Shown: one piece after another, positions 26,078-34,946 of the stretch
Numbering within the stretch: position 1 is the stretch's first letter
How the letters are laid out: every line of letters starts with the position of its first letter
NCBI GenBank assembly: GCA_005799365.1
Contig: SYGV01000079.1
Coordinates: forward strand, 990 to 64,989
Source of the DNA: Nitrospiraceae bacterium
Lineage (GTDB): Bacteria; Nitrospirota; Nitrospiria; Nitrospirales; Nitrospiraceae
Reading direction: 5' to 3'
DNA: 64,000 nucleotides
The notes under the pieces: generated by a model
What the model was told of the DNA's origin: nothing
The model's database searches: none
What the model saw: only the letters and a program-made list of their open reading frames with translations
Translations under genes and position numbers: made by a program

Positions 26078-28963
26078 GTGAGCACGAAGAAATTCGTCTA
26101 TTACTTCGGCGGCGGCAAGGCCGAAGGCGACGGGAACAGCAAGAATCTCCTGGGCGGCAAAGGCGCCGGCTTGGCCGAGATGACGAATCTGGGCATCTCC
26201 GTCCCCCCCGGCTTTACCATCTCAACCGATGCTTGCATCGAATACTACCGCCACAAGAAGACTTTCCCGCCGGGCATGTGGGATCAGGCCATCCAGAGCC
26301 TCAAGCGGGTGGAGCGGTCCATGGGCATGGGATTCGGCGACCCAACCAATCCGCTCCTCGTCTCGGTACGCTCGGGCGCCAGGGCCGCGATGCCGGGCTT
26401 GATGGACACGGTGCTGAACGTCGGCCTCAACGAACGGACCGTCGAGGGACTGACCGCCAAGACCAAAAACGAACGCTTCGCCAAGGACAGCTACCGACGC
26501 TTCATTACCATGTACGGCAACATCGTCATGGGCGTGGAACGGGAGCACTTCGAGCAGATCCTGAAAGAGAAGAAAGCCGAGCGCGGGCTCGTGCACGACA
26601 CCGACCTGGACGCCAAGGCCCTGACCGACCTCGTGGTCCGGTTCAAAGCCCTGGTCAAGCGGGAGACCGGCCGTGAGTTCCCGGAAGACCCGTTGGACCA
26701 GCTCCGAATGGCGATCAACGCCGTCTTTTCCTCCTGGTACGGCGCCCGCGCTGTGACGTACCGGCGGCTCTACAACATTCCCGACAACTGGGGCACGGCC
26801 GTCAACGTCGTCGCCATGGTGTTCGGCAACATGGGGGACACGAGCGGCACCGGCGTGTCCTTCACCAGAAATCCGGCCACCGGCGAGCGGGCCTTCTTCG
26901 GCGAATGTCTGTTGAACGCCCAGGGAGAGGACGTGGTCGCCTGCATCCGCACGCCGCTGCCGGTCACGGCCCTGGCCAAGACCCTCCCCGGAGCCTACAA
27001 GGACCTGGTGAAGACCTACCGGACGCTCGAGAAGCATTACCGGGACATGCTGGACCTGGAATTTACGATCCAGGAAGGCACGCTCTATATGCTGCAAACC
27101 CGGGTGGGCAAACGCACCGGGATCGCCGCCGTCCGGATTGCCGTGGATATGGTCAAAGAAGGGCTGATCAGCAAACGCGAGGCGGTGCTCCGCGTCGGCC
27201 CAGAGCAGCTCTCGCAGTACCTCTATCCGGTGTTCGACGCCGCAGCAGAAGGCACGCACCCCTCATTGGGCAAAGGGCTGCCGGCCGGCCCAGGCGCCGC
27301 GGCGGGCAAAATCGCCCTGACCCCGGACAAGGCCGTGGACATGCAGGCCCGCGGTGAGCGGGTCATCCTGGTCCGCCAGGAGACCAGCCCCGACGACATC
27401 CACGGCATGAACGCCGCGCGCGGCTTCCTGACCGCGCGCGGCGGCATGACTTCCCACGCGGCCGTTGTCGCTAGACAGATGGGCAAGGTCTGCGTCGCCG
27501 GCTGCGAGTCCATCGAAGTCACCGACAGCGCGACCGTCAAGATCGGCGGCCGCCCCTTCACGGAAGGGGATTTCCTCTCGATCAACGGATTCACGGGACA
27601 CGTCTACGGAGACGACATTCCGGTGGTCGAGTCGGAGGTCATCCAGGTAATCCAGGGGAAGCTCGACGCCCGTCAGTCCGAAAAGTACCGCTGTTTCGCC
27701 ACACTCCTGGGCTGGGCCGATCAGGTCCGCCGGCTCAAAGTGAGGGCCAATGCGGACGTGCCCGACCAGGCCATGATCGCCAGGGGATTCGGGGCCGAAG
27801 GCATCGGGCTCTGCCGCACCGAACACATGTTCTTCGCCGAAGACCGCATCCCCATCATGCAGAAAATGATCCTGGCCAGGACCAGCAAGGAACGCGAACA
27901 GTACCTGGCGCAACTGCTGCCGCTCCAGAGAAAAGACTTCATCGGCCTGTATCGGGAGATGAAGGGGTTCCCCGTGACCATCCGCCTGCTGGATCCTCCG
28001 CTGCACGAGTTCCTGCCCAAGCGGGAAGACCTGATGGTCGAGATCGCGCGTCTGGAACTGACCGGCGCGGACCCGGCGCTGGTAGAGGAAAAACGCAAGC
28101 TGCTGGCGCGGGTCGAGGAACTCCACGAGTTCAACCCCATGCTGGGCCTCCGCGGCTGCCGGCTCGGCATCACCATGCCGGAAATCACCCGCATGCAAAC
28201 CCAGGCCATCATCGAAGCCGCCTGCGAGCTGGCGCGCGAGGGCAAGAAGATCGTGCCGGAGATCATGATCCCCCTGGTCGGCATGGTCTCGGAGATGAAA
28301 GCCCAGAAAGACCTCATCCGGGAGGTGGCGGAGGAGACGCTCCAACAGCGCGGGGTCAAGCTTTCCTACCTGATCGGCACGATGATCGAACTGCCGCGGG
28401 CCGCCGTCACGGCGCGCCGCATCGCGGAGGAGGCCGAATTCTTCTCGTTCGGCACCAACGACCTGACCCAGACCACGTTCGGATTCTCGCGGGACGACGC
28501 GGCTAAGTTCATCGCCTTTTACATGCGCCGGCAGGACAGCTGTCCCCATTGCCTGAGCAGCGACGTGGACTGGAAAGACATGCGCTGCCGCGCCTGCGAT
28601 GCAGCCATCGCCAAGAAAGCCGAGAACATTCTGGAGTCGGACCCGTTTGCCGTCTTGGACCGGGAGGGGGTCGGCGCCATGATGAAGATGGCCATCACCG
28701 AAGGCCGCGCCACCAGACCCGACATCAAGCTCGGCATCTGCGGCGAGCACGGAGGCGACCCCAGTTCCGTGGAATTCTGCCATCAGCTGGGGTTGGATTA
28801 TGTCAGCTGTTCGCCCTATCGTGTCGCGCTCGCAAGGCTGGCGGCTGCGCAGGCGGCCTTGACCGGTGAAGCGGAGAAAAAGCCGGCATCTCGTTCTTCG
28901 AAGAAAAAGGCCAAGGCCGGCCGGACCAGCCGCGCTACCTCCACCAGCGCCAGAAAACGGTGA
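26078..28963 (+). CDS. ppdK: Pyruvate, phosphate dikinase (with Cys-rich insertion and basic C-terminal tail)
   Basis: N-terminus FGGGKAEGDGNSKNLLGGKGAGLAEM, phospho-His region TARGGMTSHAAVVARQMG, and C-terminal GTNDLTQTTFGFSRDD and CGEHGGDPSSVEFC. Confidence 0.95.
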   Translation: MSTKKFVYYFGGGKAEGDGNSKNLLGGKGAGLAEMTNLGISVPPGFTISTDACIEYYRHKKTFPPGMWDQAIQSLKRVERSMGMGFGDPTNPLLVSVRSGARAAMPGLMDTVLNVGLNERTVEGLTAKTKNERFAKDSYRRFITMYGNIVMGVEREHFEQILKEKKAERGLVHDTDLDAKALTDLVVRFKALVKRETGREFPEDPLDQLRMAINAVFSSWYGARAVTYRRLYNIPDNWGTAVNVVAMVFGNMGDTSGTGVSFTRNPATGERAFFGECLLNAQGEDVVACIRTPLPVTALAKTLPGAYKDLVKTYRTLEKHYRDMLDLEFTIQEGTLYMLQTRVGKRTGIAAVRIAVDMVKEGLISKREAVLRVGPEQLSQYLYPVFDAAAEGTHPSLGKGLPAGPGAAAGKIALTPDKAVDMQARGERVILVRQETSPDDIHGMNAARGFLTARGGMTSHAAVVARQMGKVCVAGCESIEVTDSATVKIGGRPFTEGDFLSINGFTGHVYGDDIPVVESEVIQVIQGKLDARQSEKYRCFATLLGWADQVRRLKVRANADVPDQAMIARGFGAEGIGLCRTEHMFFAEDRIPIMQKMILARTSKEREQYLAQLLPLQRKDFIGLYREMKGFPVTIRLLDPPLHEFLPKREDLMVEIARLELTGADPALVEEKRKLLARVEELHEFNPMLGLRGCRLGITMPEITRMQTQAIIEAACELAREGKKIVPEIMIPLVGMVSEMKAQKDLIREVAEETLQQRGVKLSYLIGTMIELPRAAVTARRIAEEAEFFSFGTNDLTQTTFGFSRDDAAKFIAFYMRRQDSCPHCLSSDVDWKDMRCRACDAAIAKKAENILESDPFAVLDREGVGAMMKMAITEGRATRPDIKLGICGEHGGDPSSVEFCHQLGLDYVSCSPYRVALARLAAAQAALTGEAEKKPASRSSKKKAKAGRTSRATSTSARKR

Positions 28964-30078
28964 AAGACTCGGATCGCGACTGCCGGTACATGGCGCTGGC
29001 CCTCCGGCTGGCCGCCAAGGGACGGGGACGTACCAGCCCCAATCCGATGGTCGGAGCCATCGTCGTGGCAGGCAACCGGATCGTCGGGCAGGGGTATCAT
29101 CGCCGGGCCGGCGGTCCCCATGCCGAAATCCTCGCCCTGCAGGCAGCAGGCTCCCGCGCACAGGGCGCCACCCTCTACGTCACCCTCGAACCCTGCTGTC
29201 ATACCAAGAAGCGCACCCCTCCCTGCATGCCGCTCGTCGTTGCGGCCGGACTCCATCGCGTCGTTGTAGCCATGGCCGATCCCAATCCCAAGGTCGGCGG
29301 ACGTGGGATCAGGGCGTTGCGCCGAGCCGGGCTCGACCTGTCGGTCGGATGTCTCCGTCATGAAGCCGAACGGCTGAACGAAGCCTACCGCCATTGGCTC
29401 AGAACAGGCTTACCCTTCGTCACCCTGAAAGCCGCGATGACCATGGACGGAAAAATCGCCACGGCCGGCGGCGAGTCCCAGTGGATCACCGGGGAACCGG
29501 CACGACGCCATGCCCACCAACTGCGCAGCCGGATGGACGCAATCCTGGTCGGGGCAGGAACGGTCCGGCGCGATGACCCTCGATTGACCGTGCGGTTGGG
29601 CAGGGGAGCGGCCGCGGCCAAACCGGCTCATCAACCTTTGCGCGTCATCCTAGACAGCCGGCTGCTCATTCCCCTCAAAGCGAAAGTCCTCGGCCCAGGA
29701 ACGGTCATCGCCACCACCGCGCAAGCTCCGATCGGAAGGATAAAACAGGTCCAAGCCAAGGGCGCCCAGGTCTTGATCCTGCCGGCCCGGAACAGCCGGG
29801 TATCCCTGCGTGCCTGTTTGGCCGAGCTGGGGAAACAGGGCGTCACATCGGTGCTGATCGAAGGGGGTGGCGAAATCAACGCTTCCGCACTGCGGGCGGG
29901 ACTGGTCAACCGGGTGGCCCTCTTCATCGCCCCCACCTTATTGGGAGGCCAAGACGCGCAAGGCCTCATCGGCGGGCTTGCGCCAAAACGGTTGGCGCAG
30001 GCGCTGCCGCTCGACGACATCCGCATCCAACCTATCGGGAGGGATGTCCTGCTGGAAGGGACCCTCTCGCCGAAGTAG
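28960..30078 (+). CDS. ribD: Bifunctional riboflavin biosynthesis deaminase/reductase
   Basis: Deaminase motifs SPNPMVGAIVV, HAEILAL and PCCH, plus a C-terminal reductase domain. The GTG overlaps the ppdK stop (GTGA). Confidence 0.9.
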   Translation: MKDSDRDCRYMALALRLAAKGRGRTSPNPMVGAIVVAGNRIVGQGYHRRAGGPHAEILALQAAGSRAQGATLYVTLEPCCHTKKRTPPCMPLVVAAGLHRVVVAMADPNPKVGGRGIRALRRAGLDLSVGCLRHEAERLNEAYRHWLRTGLPFVTLKAAMTMDGKIATAGGESQWITGEPARRHAHQLRSRMDAILVGAGTVRRDDPRLTVRLGRGAAAAKPAHQPLRVILDSRLLIPLKAKVLGPGTVIATTAQAPIGRIKQVQAKGAQVLILPARNSRVSLRACLAELGKQGVTSVLIEGGGEINASALRAGLVNRVALFIAPTLLGGQDAQGLIGGLAPKRLAQALPLDDIRIQPIGRDVLLEGTLSPK

Positions 30079-30132
30079 CCGGTCAGGCACTCCGTTTTGA
30101 CAAGCAGAACCTAAAGATGGTACGGTTTCTCG

Positions 30133-31464
30133 GTGCACATCGGCCCCCCTTGTAGACGCCTCGTCCGTTCTATCCCTCGCCACCTGCTCGCCGCCTACAT
30201 CCTGATCTTCGCGCTGCGCGCCGCCGGCCCTGCGCAGGCGGATGAGGTCCCGTCCGAATCTCCGTCCGCTTCCCTCTCCACGTTGATCCGGACCTATCTG
30301 GCTACCACAGACCCGGACAAAGCCGAAGCCCTACAAGCTGAAATCCTGGAAAACCCTCGAGCCACGCTCGCCGTCGTGACGGAACTGCTCAGGCAGGGGC
30401 AGACGTACGGAGCAGCGCCGGTCGGGCTCCAGCCGGGATTGCCGGTCACGGTGCGCGAACGGACCTATCGCTATGGGCTCTACGTGCCGCCGACCTATGA
30501 CCCGGCGAAGGAGTATGCGTTGGTGCTGTGTCTCCACGGGGCCGGCTTCAGCGGCGATGCCTATTTGGAACGGTGGCAGACCCGCCTCGGGGAGAACTAT
30601 ATCCTGGCTTGCCCCACCTACATGCAGGGCACTTGGTGGACCAGACACGGAGAAGAACTCGTTTTGGCCACGCTCCGGACCGTGCAATCGCGATATCATA
30701 TCGATCCGGACCGGGTCTTCCTGACCGGCATGTCGAACGGCGGCATCGGGACTTATCTTGTCGGGACCCACGATGCGCCCCTCTTCGCCGGGCTCGCTCC
30801 GATGGCCAGCGGCCTGGATACCGTGCTCATGCCGTTTTTGGAGAATCTGAAGAACACGCCGCTCTATATGATCCATGGCCGTCAGGACGACGTCATGCCG
30901 GTTGAACTCAGCCGGGCGATCGCGCAAGAGTTGACCCGTCTCGGCTATGTCTTCCAGTATCAGGAACATGACCTAGTGCATCCCATGGCCGGCGGACATT
31001 TTTTCCCGCGCGAAGAGCTGCCCGCCTTGGTCCGCTGGTTCGACCGCCAGCGCCGCACCGCCGTGCCCAAGCGCCTGATCGTCGTCCGCGACGCCACGCA
31101 CCTGACGCCCTTCGGATGGGCCAGGATCGACGCCACGGACCGGATTGCGGCCTTCACGGACCTCTTGACCGACAGCCGGGACGAAGCGATCGTGAACCGC
31201 CGCTACGCGCGCTTGCATGCAGAGATCGTCGGCCCCAATCGTATCGAGGTACGGACCGAACGGGTGAAGCGGTACAGCCTCTACCTGCACGAGGCCTTGG
31301 TGGACTTCTCCCAGCCGGTGACCATCACGACGAACGGTCGGATCGGTTTCCAAGGAGCGGTCGTCCCCCGCGTCGAGACCTTGCTGCGGGACGCGCGGCA
31401 GCGTCAGGACCGGCGGATGCTGTTCCCCGTCCTGCTCCACCTGACCGTTAAGGATACGCCATGA
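30133..31464 (+). CDS. Secreted alpha/beta-hydrolase (esterase/peptidase-like)
   Basis: Signal peptide. Nucleophile elbow GMSNGG, plus LCLHGAGFSG and MIHGRQDDVMP. Confidence 0.75.
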   Translation: MHIGPPCRRLVRSIPRHLLAAYILIFALRAAGPAQADEVPSESPSASLSTLIRTYLATTDPDKAEALQAEILENPRATLAVVTELLRQGQTYGAAPVGLQPGLPVTVRERTYRYGLYVPPTYDPAKEYALVLCLHGAGFSGDAYLERWQTRLGENYILACPTYMQGTWWTRHGEELVLATLRTVQSRYHIDPDRVFLTGMSNGGIGTYLVGTHDAPLFAGLAPMASGLDTVLMPFLENLKNTPLYMIHGRQDDVMPVELSRAIAQELTRLGYVFQYQEHDLVHPMAGGHFFPREELPALVRWFDRQRRTAVPKRLIVVRDATHLTPFGWARIDATDRIAAFTDLLTDSRDEAIVNRRYARLHAEIVGPNRIEVRTERVKRYSLYLHEALVDFSQPVTITTNGRIGFQGAVVPRVETLLRDARQRQDRRMLFPVLLHLTVKDTP

Positions 31465-31979
31465 CAGTGCGGCGAACCCACAGTGTCCGCATCGGTTCCA
31501 AGCCGGCCCGGATGACGCTGGCTTACCTGATGCTCGGCATGACCCTGGTCGGCACGGCGGCGCGGGCGGACACGTGCCGGGTCGCCTCGGAACAGGGCCA
31601 GATGACGTTTCCCGTCGACCGTTTGGGTTCCGCCTCCCGCTGCCTCGTCTTCTCCGTGGCGGACAACCAGACCACATCGCCCGATGGACATCAGGCCATG
31701 GACACCTCGCTGATCGCCTATACGAAGCTGACCGATCCGGTTCTTTCCGGTCTCGTCTTGGTCCTGCGCCCCCTGGTCGGGGATGCGGTGACGCGCAAGC
31801 TGCCGCGGAGCTTTGACGTCACCAACCAATTGGGGGCCGCTATCGCCCAAAACCAGGACCGCATCATCCAGGAACTGCCGGCACTGCCCTCCATCGCACC
31901 GCAGGAGCAGCAGACCCTGACCGCCTTGCTGCAAGCCCTCCTGTCGAGCAACCTATCCGTGCCCCGTCCGACACCATGA
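31461..31979 (+). CDS. Hypothetical secreted protein
   Basis: The ATGA overlaps the hydrolase stop. Signal-like MTLAYLMLGMTLVGTAARA. No family recognised. Confidence 0.55.
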   Translation: MTVRRTHSVRIGSKPARMTLAYLMLGMTLVGTAARADTCRVASEQGQMTFPVDRLGSASRCLVFSVADNQTTSPDGHQAMDTSLIAYTKLTDPVLSGLVLVLRPLVGDAVTRKLPRSFDVTNQLGAAIAQNQDRIIQELPALPSIAPQEQQTLTALLQALLSSNLSVPRPTP

Positions 31980-33157
31980 CGCAGGCACGTTCGTTCCTCC
32001 TGCTGTGCTGGGTGGGGACCTGCTGCTTCCTCAGCTATAACCTCGTGCGCATACCAGTGTTGGCCCTGTTCGCCCAATCACTGGGAGCCGGCCCGGAACG
32101 GATCGGCCTCGTCGTCTCGGCCTCCACCCTCACCGGCGTGCTCCTCAAACTACCGGCCGGCGCCCTGTCCGACATTTACGGCCGGCGCCTGCTGATGCGG
32201 ATCGGGGCCCTGGCCTTCGCGCTTCCGCCCTTCGCCTATCTGTTCATCGGCGATTTGGGCGCCCTCACCGGATTGCGTTTTGCGCACGGCCTGGCCACCG
32301 CCATCTTCGCGCCAGCCGCGTTGGCCACCGTGGCGGACCTCTATCGGGAAAAACGGGGCGCCGCCCTGGGCTGGTATACGGCCTCCACACAAGCCGGCGC
32401 CCTGTTCGGTCCCGTACTGGGCGGATGGCTGGTCTATGCCGCCGGGTTCCCGACAACCTTCCTGACGGCCGGGCTGTTCGGTTGTCTCGGCTTCCTGATT
32501 TTCTCCTGCTTGCGGCTGGCCGCGCCGACGCCTCGTCAGGGAGCGCAGGGATTCCGCCCGGTGCTGGCCGACATGTGGAACGGATTCCAAACCGTCTGGT
32601 CCAACAAACCGGTGCTCGTCACCAGCGTCACCGACGGGGCCAAGATGATCGCGAACGGAGCCCTCATGGCCTTTCTGCCGATCTACGGCCTGTCGGTCGG
32701 ACTGAATGCCGGCGAAGTCGGGCTCCTGTTCGGCGCCCAAGGGATCACGTCGTTCCTCTCCAAACCGGTGATGGGCCGCACGTCCGACATGGTCGGCCGC
32801 CGGCCGCTGATCCTGGTCGGGTTGCTGATTTGCGCCGGCACCTTCATCCTGATCCCGCACAGCGCCTCGCTGCCGACCCTCCTGGTCCTCGCAGCCGGAT
32901 TCGGATTCGGGGAGGCGGTCATCTCCTCCTCGACGACCGCCCTGGTCGCGGACCTCTCATACCTCAAGACCATGGGAGCCGGGATCGGCATGCAGGGCAC
33001 GATCAACGATATCGGCCATGCGGCGGGACCGTTACTGGCCGGCATGCTGATCGCCGGCTTCAACTACCCATCAGCCTTCGCCGTGATCGCCGGCCTGCAG
33101 CTCGTCGCCGCCTGCTTGTTCTGGGTGGTCATCAAACCAACCGCGCCACGCGGATAG
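31976..33157 (+). CDS. MFS transporter
   Basis: 393 aa, 12 TM, motif GALSDIYGRRLLM. The start overlaps the upstream stop. Confidence 0.85.
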   Translation: MTQARSFLLLCWVGTCCFLSYNLVRIPVLALFAQSLGAGPERIGLVVSASTLTGVLLKLPAGALSDIYGRRLLMRIGALAFALPPFAYLFIGDLGALTGLRFAHGLATAIFAPAALATVADLYREKRGAALGWYTASTQAGALFGPVLGGWLVYAAGFPTTFLTAGLFGCLGFLIFSCLRLAAPTPRQGAQGFRPVLADMWNGFQTVWSNKPVLVTSVTDGAKMIANGALMAFLPIYGLSVGLNAGEVGLLFGAQGITSFLSKPVMGRTSDMVGRRPLILVGLLICAGTFILIPHSASLPTLLVLAAGFGFGEAVISSSTTALVADLSYLKTMGAGIGMQGTINDIGHAAGPLLAGMLIAGFNYPSAFAVIAGLQLVAACLFWVVIKPTAPRG

Positions 33158-33235
33158 GGGCTACAAGACCGACCGCCGATGCTATAATGGCCCTGACATC
33201 ATCACGGGGCGGGACAAAGCGGAAAGGGGCGTCGC

Positions 33236-33358
33236 ATGCAAGCGGAGATGGGCACTGCGGACATTGTCGTCGGGGTATTGGCCGGCCTCGGCGTTCTCGT
33301 CTTGCTTGTCGTCTTGGTCTACGTGGTCAAAACCGTCTTGCTCAAGAAAGAAGAATAG
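33236..33358 (+). CDS. Candidate 40-aa single-TM peptide upstream of ribE
   Basis: MQAEMGTADIVVGVLAGLGVLVLLVVLVYVVKTVLLKKEE. GAAAGGGG lies upstream, and the extended -10 TGCTATAAT (33181-33189) lies about 47 nt upstream. Confidence 0.4.
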   Translation: MQAEMGTADIVVGVLAGLGVLVLLVVLVYVVKTVLLKKEE

Positions 33359-33374
33359 GGAAGAGGAACCATCC

Positions 33375-34031
33375 ATGTTCACAGGCATCGTCGAGGAAAT
33401 GGGCGTCGTGAAGATGTTCGAGCCGACGCTGGCGGGGACCAGACTGAGCATCCTCGCTGAAACCGTCATGGGCGACTTGCCGATAGGGGCAAGCGTGAGC
33501 GTGAACGGAGCCTGCCTGACCGTGGTCGCGAAAGGGGAACGCGAGTTTACCGTGGATGTCTCGCCGGAAACCCTGACGGTCACCTCCTTGGGAAAACTGT
33601 CGGTCGGGGTCCCGGTGAATCTCGAACGGGCGATGAAGCTGAACGAACGGATCGGAGGCCATCTGGTGGCGGGCCATGTGGACGGGGTCGGCTGGATCAG
33701 GGAGAAACGTCAGGACGGCAATGCCCTCGTCGTGACGATCGAGGCCCCGCCGGAGATTCTCCGTTATTGCGTCCCGAAGGGCTCGATCACCATCGACGGC
33801 ATCAGCATGACGCTCAACTCCGTCGCCGCCCATACTTTCAGCATTGCCGTCATCCCGCACACGGCGAAGGTCACCACATTGGGCCTCAAGAAGGTCGGGG
33901 ACCCGGTCAACCTGGAATCCGACCTGATCGGAAAATTCGTCGAGCGGTTGCTGCAAGAGCGGGGACTCGCGCCCCAGAAGCCGGCCCCCGTCATCGACCG
34001 GGACTATCTCCAGAAACGTGGGCTGATTTAA
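33375..34031 (+). CDS. ribE: Riboflavin synthase (alpha chain)
   Basis: Canonical N-terminus MFTGIVEE.G and the internal repeat GHVDGVG. 218 aa from ATG 33375. Confidence 0.9.
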   Translation: MFTGIVEEMGVVKMFEPTLAGTRLSILAETVMGDLPIGASVSVNGACLTVVAKGEREFTVDVSPETLTVTSLGKLSVGVPVNLERAMKLNERIGGHLVAGHVDGVGWIREKRQDGNALVVTIEAPPEILRYCVPKGSITIDGISMTLNSVAAHTFSIAVIPHTAKVTTLGLKKVGDPVNLESDLIGKFVERLLQERGLAPQKPAPVIDRDYLQKRGLI

Positions 34032-34047
34032 ACGCCGCCAACCGCGA

Positions 34048-34097
34048 TCAGTGGTCGGTCATCAGGTCCCGAAGACACACTGATGACCGACCACTGA
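34048..34097. terminator. Perfect 18-bp stem hairpin between convergent genes (bidirectional terminator candidate; member of the CAGTGGTCGG word family)
   Basis: TCAGTGGTCGGTCATCAG (34048-34065) pairs with CTGATGACCGACCACTGA (34080-34097) across a 14-nt loop. It lies between the ribE stop (34031) and the IPT/TIG gene stop (34115). Confidence 0.75.
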
Positions 34098-34114
34098 ACA
34101 CCGACGACCGAGCA

Positions 34115-34609
34115 CTACCGCACGACGAACGCCTTCGTATCCTCACCCGACGCCGTCGTGACCGTCAGCAGGCGAAGGCCTTTGTGCCCATCCGGCACGG
34201 TCGCCGTCACCGTGGTGTCATTCACATGGGAAAACTTGGCTTCGCCGCTCGGGCCGAACGACACGGCTGTCAGGCAGCCGGCGGCCCCGAAACTCGCGCC
34301 CGTGATGATGACCGTGTCTCCGGCCTTGCCCTCGTCCGGCGCGACTTTCTCGATCTTGGGCGTATTACCGAAGCAAGCTTGCGACTTGGCGGCGATCCCG
34401 GCTCCGGAGGCCTTGGTGCTGGAGACATGCGCCGTGCCGCTCCGGTCGGCCTTCGCCACCACAGCCTTTTTTGCCGCCGCTTCTTTTTTCTTCTCGTCTT
34501 TCTTCCCCTCGGCCCCGTAGGCAGCAAAGGGCATGGCACCAGTCAAGAGCAACGCCACGATCCCGGCGGCGGCGACCGCCCCGAACACATTTGTCACATA
34601 GGTTGGCAT
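34115..34609 (-). CDS. Secreted IPT/TIG-domain protein
   Basis: Signal/TM segment, a Lys/Ala-rich linker, then IEKVAPDEGKAGDTVIITGASFG...VTATVPDG, typical of an IPT/TIG Ig-like fold. Confidence 0.7.
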   Translation of the reverse strand: MPTYVTNVFGAVAAAGIVALLLTGAMPFAAYGAEGKKDEKKKEAAAKKAVVAKADRSGTAHVSSTKASGAGIAAKSQACFGNTPKIEKVAPDEGKAGDTVIITGASFGAAGCLTAVSFGPSGEAKFSHVNDTTVTATVPDGHKGLRLLTVTTASGEDTKAFVVR

Positions 34610-34729
34610 ATCCGGCCTCCTTATTTATTGATCCGCACGGTTTGAGCACTGCTGCCTGTGAGTCCTCTCCAATGATGCCTCTCCTCCTTCCGTTCGATCG
34701 TTGATAGGCCCTGAGCGCCAGCACATCGG

Positions 34730-34945
34730 TCACGAGGGTTCGTTTTTCGCCGAAGCCCGACAGGTGAAATAGAGCGCAATGCCTGCCAGGGCGGCGATGC
34801 CCAATCCGACGGCCAAACGGACGGCGAATCTCAACGGCCCCATGGAGAGCTCATAGAGGCCCAGCAGCGCGATCGGGGAGAGGATCGAGCCGGCGAGGCC
34901 GAGCATGTGCTTGCGGAGATAGATCGGCTCGCCCGGCTTGCGCAT
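34730..34945 (-). CDS. Small two-TM membrane protein downstream of acs
   Basis: ATG 34945 lies 1 nt after the acs stop (TAA 34949-34947). 71 aa with two hydrophobic helices. Confidence 0.55.
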   Translation of the reverse strand: MRKPGEPIYLRKHMLGLAGSILSPIALLGLYELSMGPLRFAVRLAVGLGIAALAGIALYFTCRASAKNEPS

Positions 34946-34946
34946 C

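Noticed and set aside
33158-33375. An FMN (RFN) riboswitch upstream of ribE or ribD, and a T-box upstream of glyQS (22140-22430).
   Set aside because: I could not find the conserved RFN core or a T-box/specifier arrangement by eye. Covariance-model scans are still needed to be sure.
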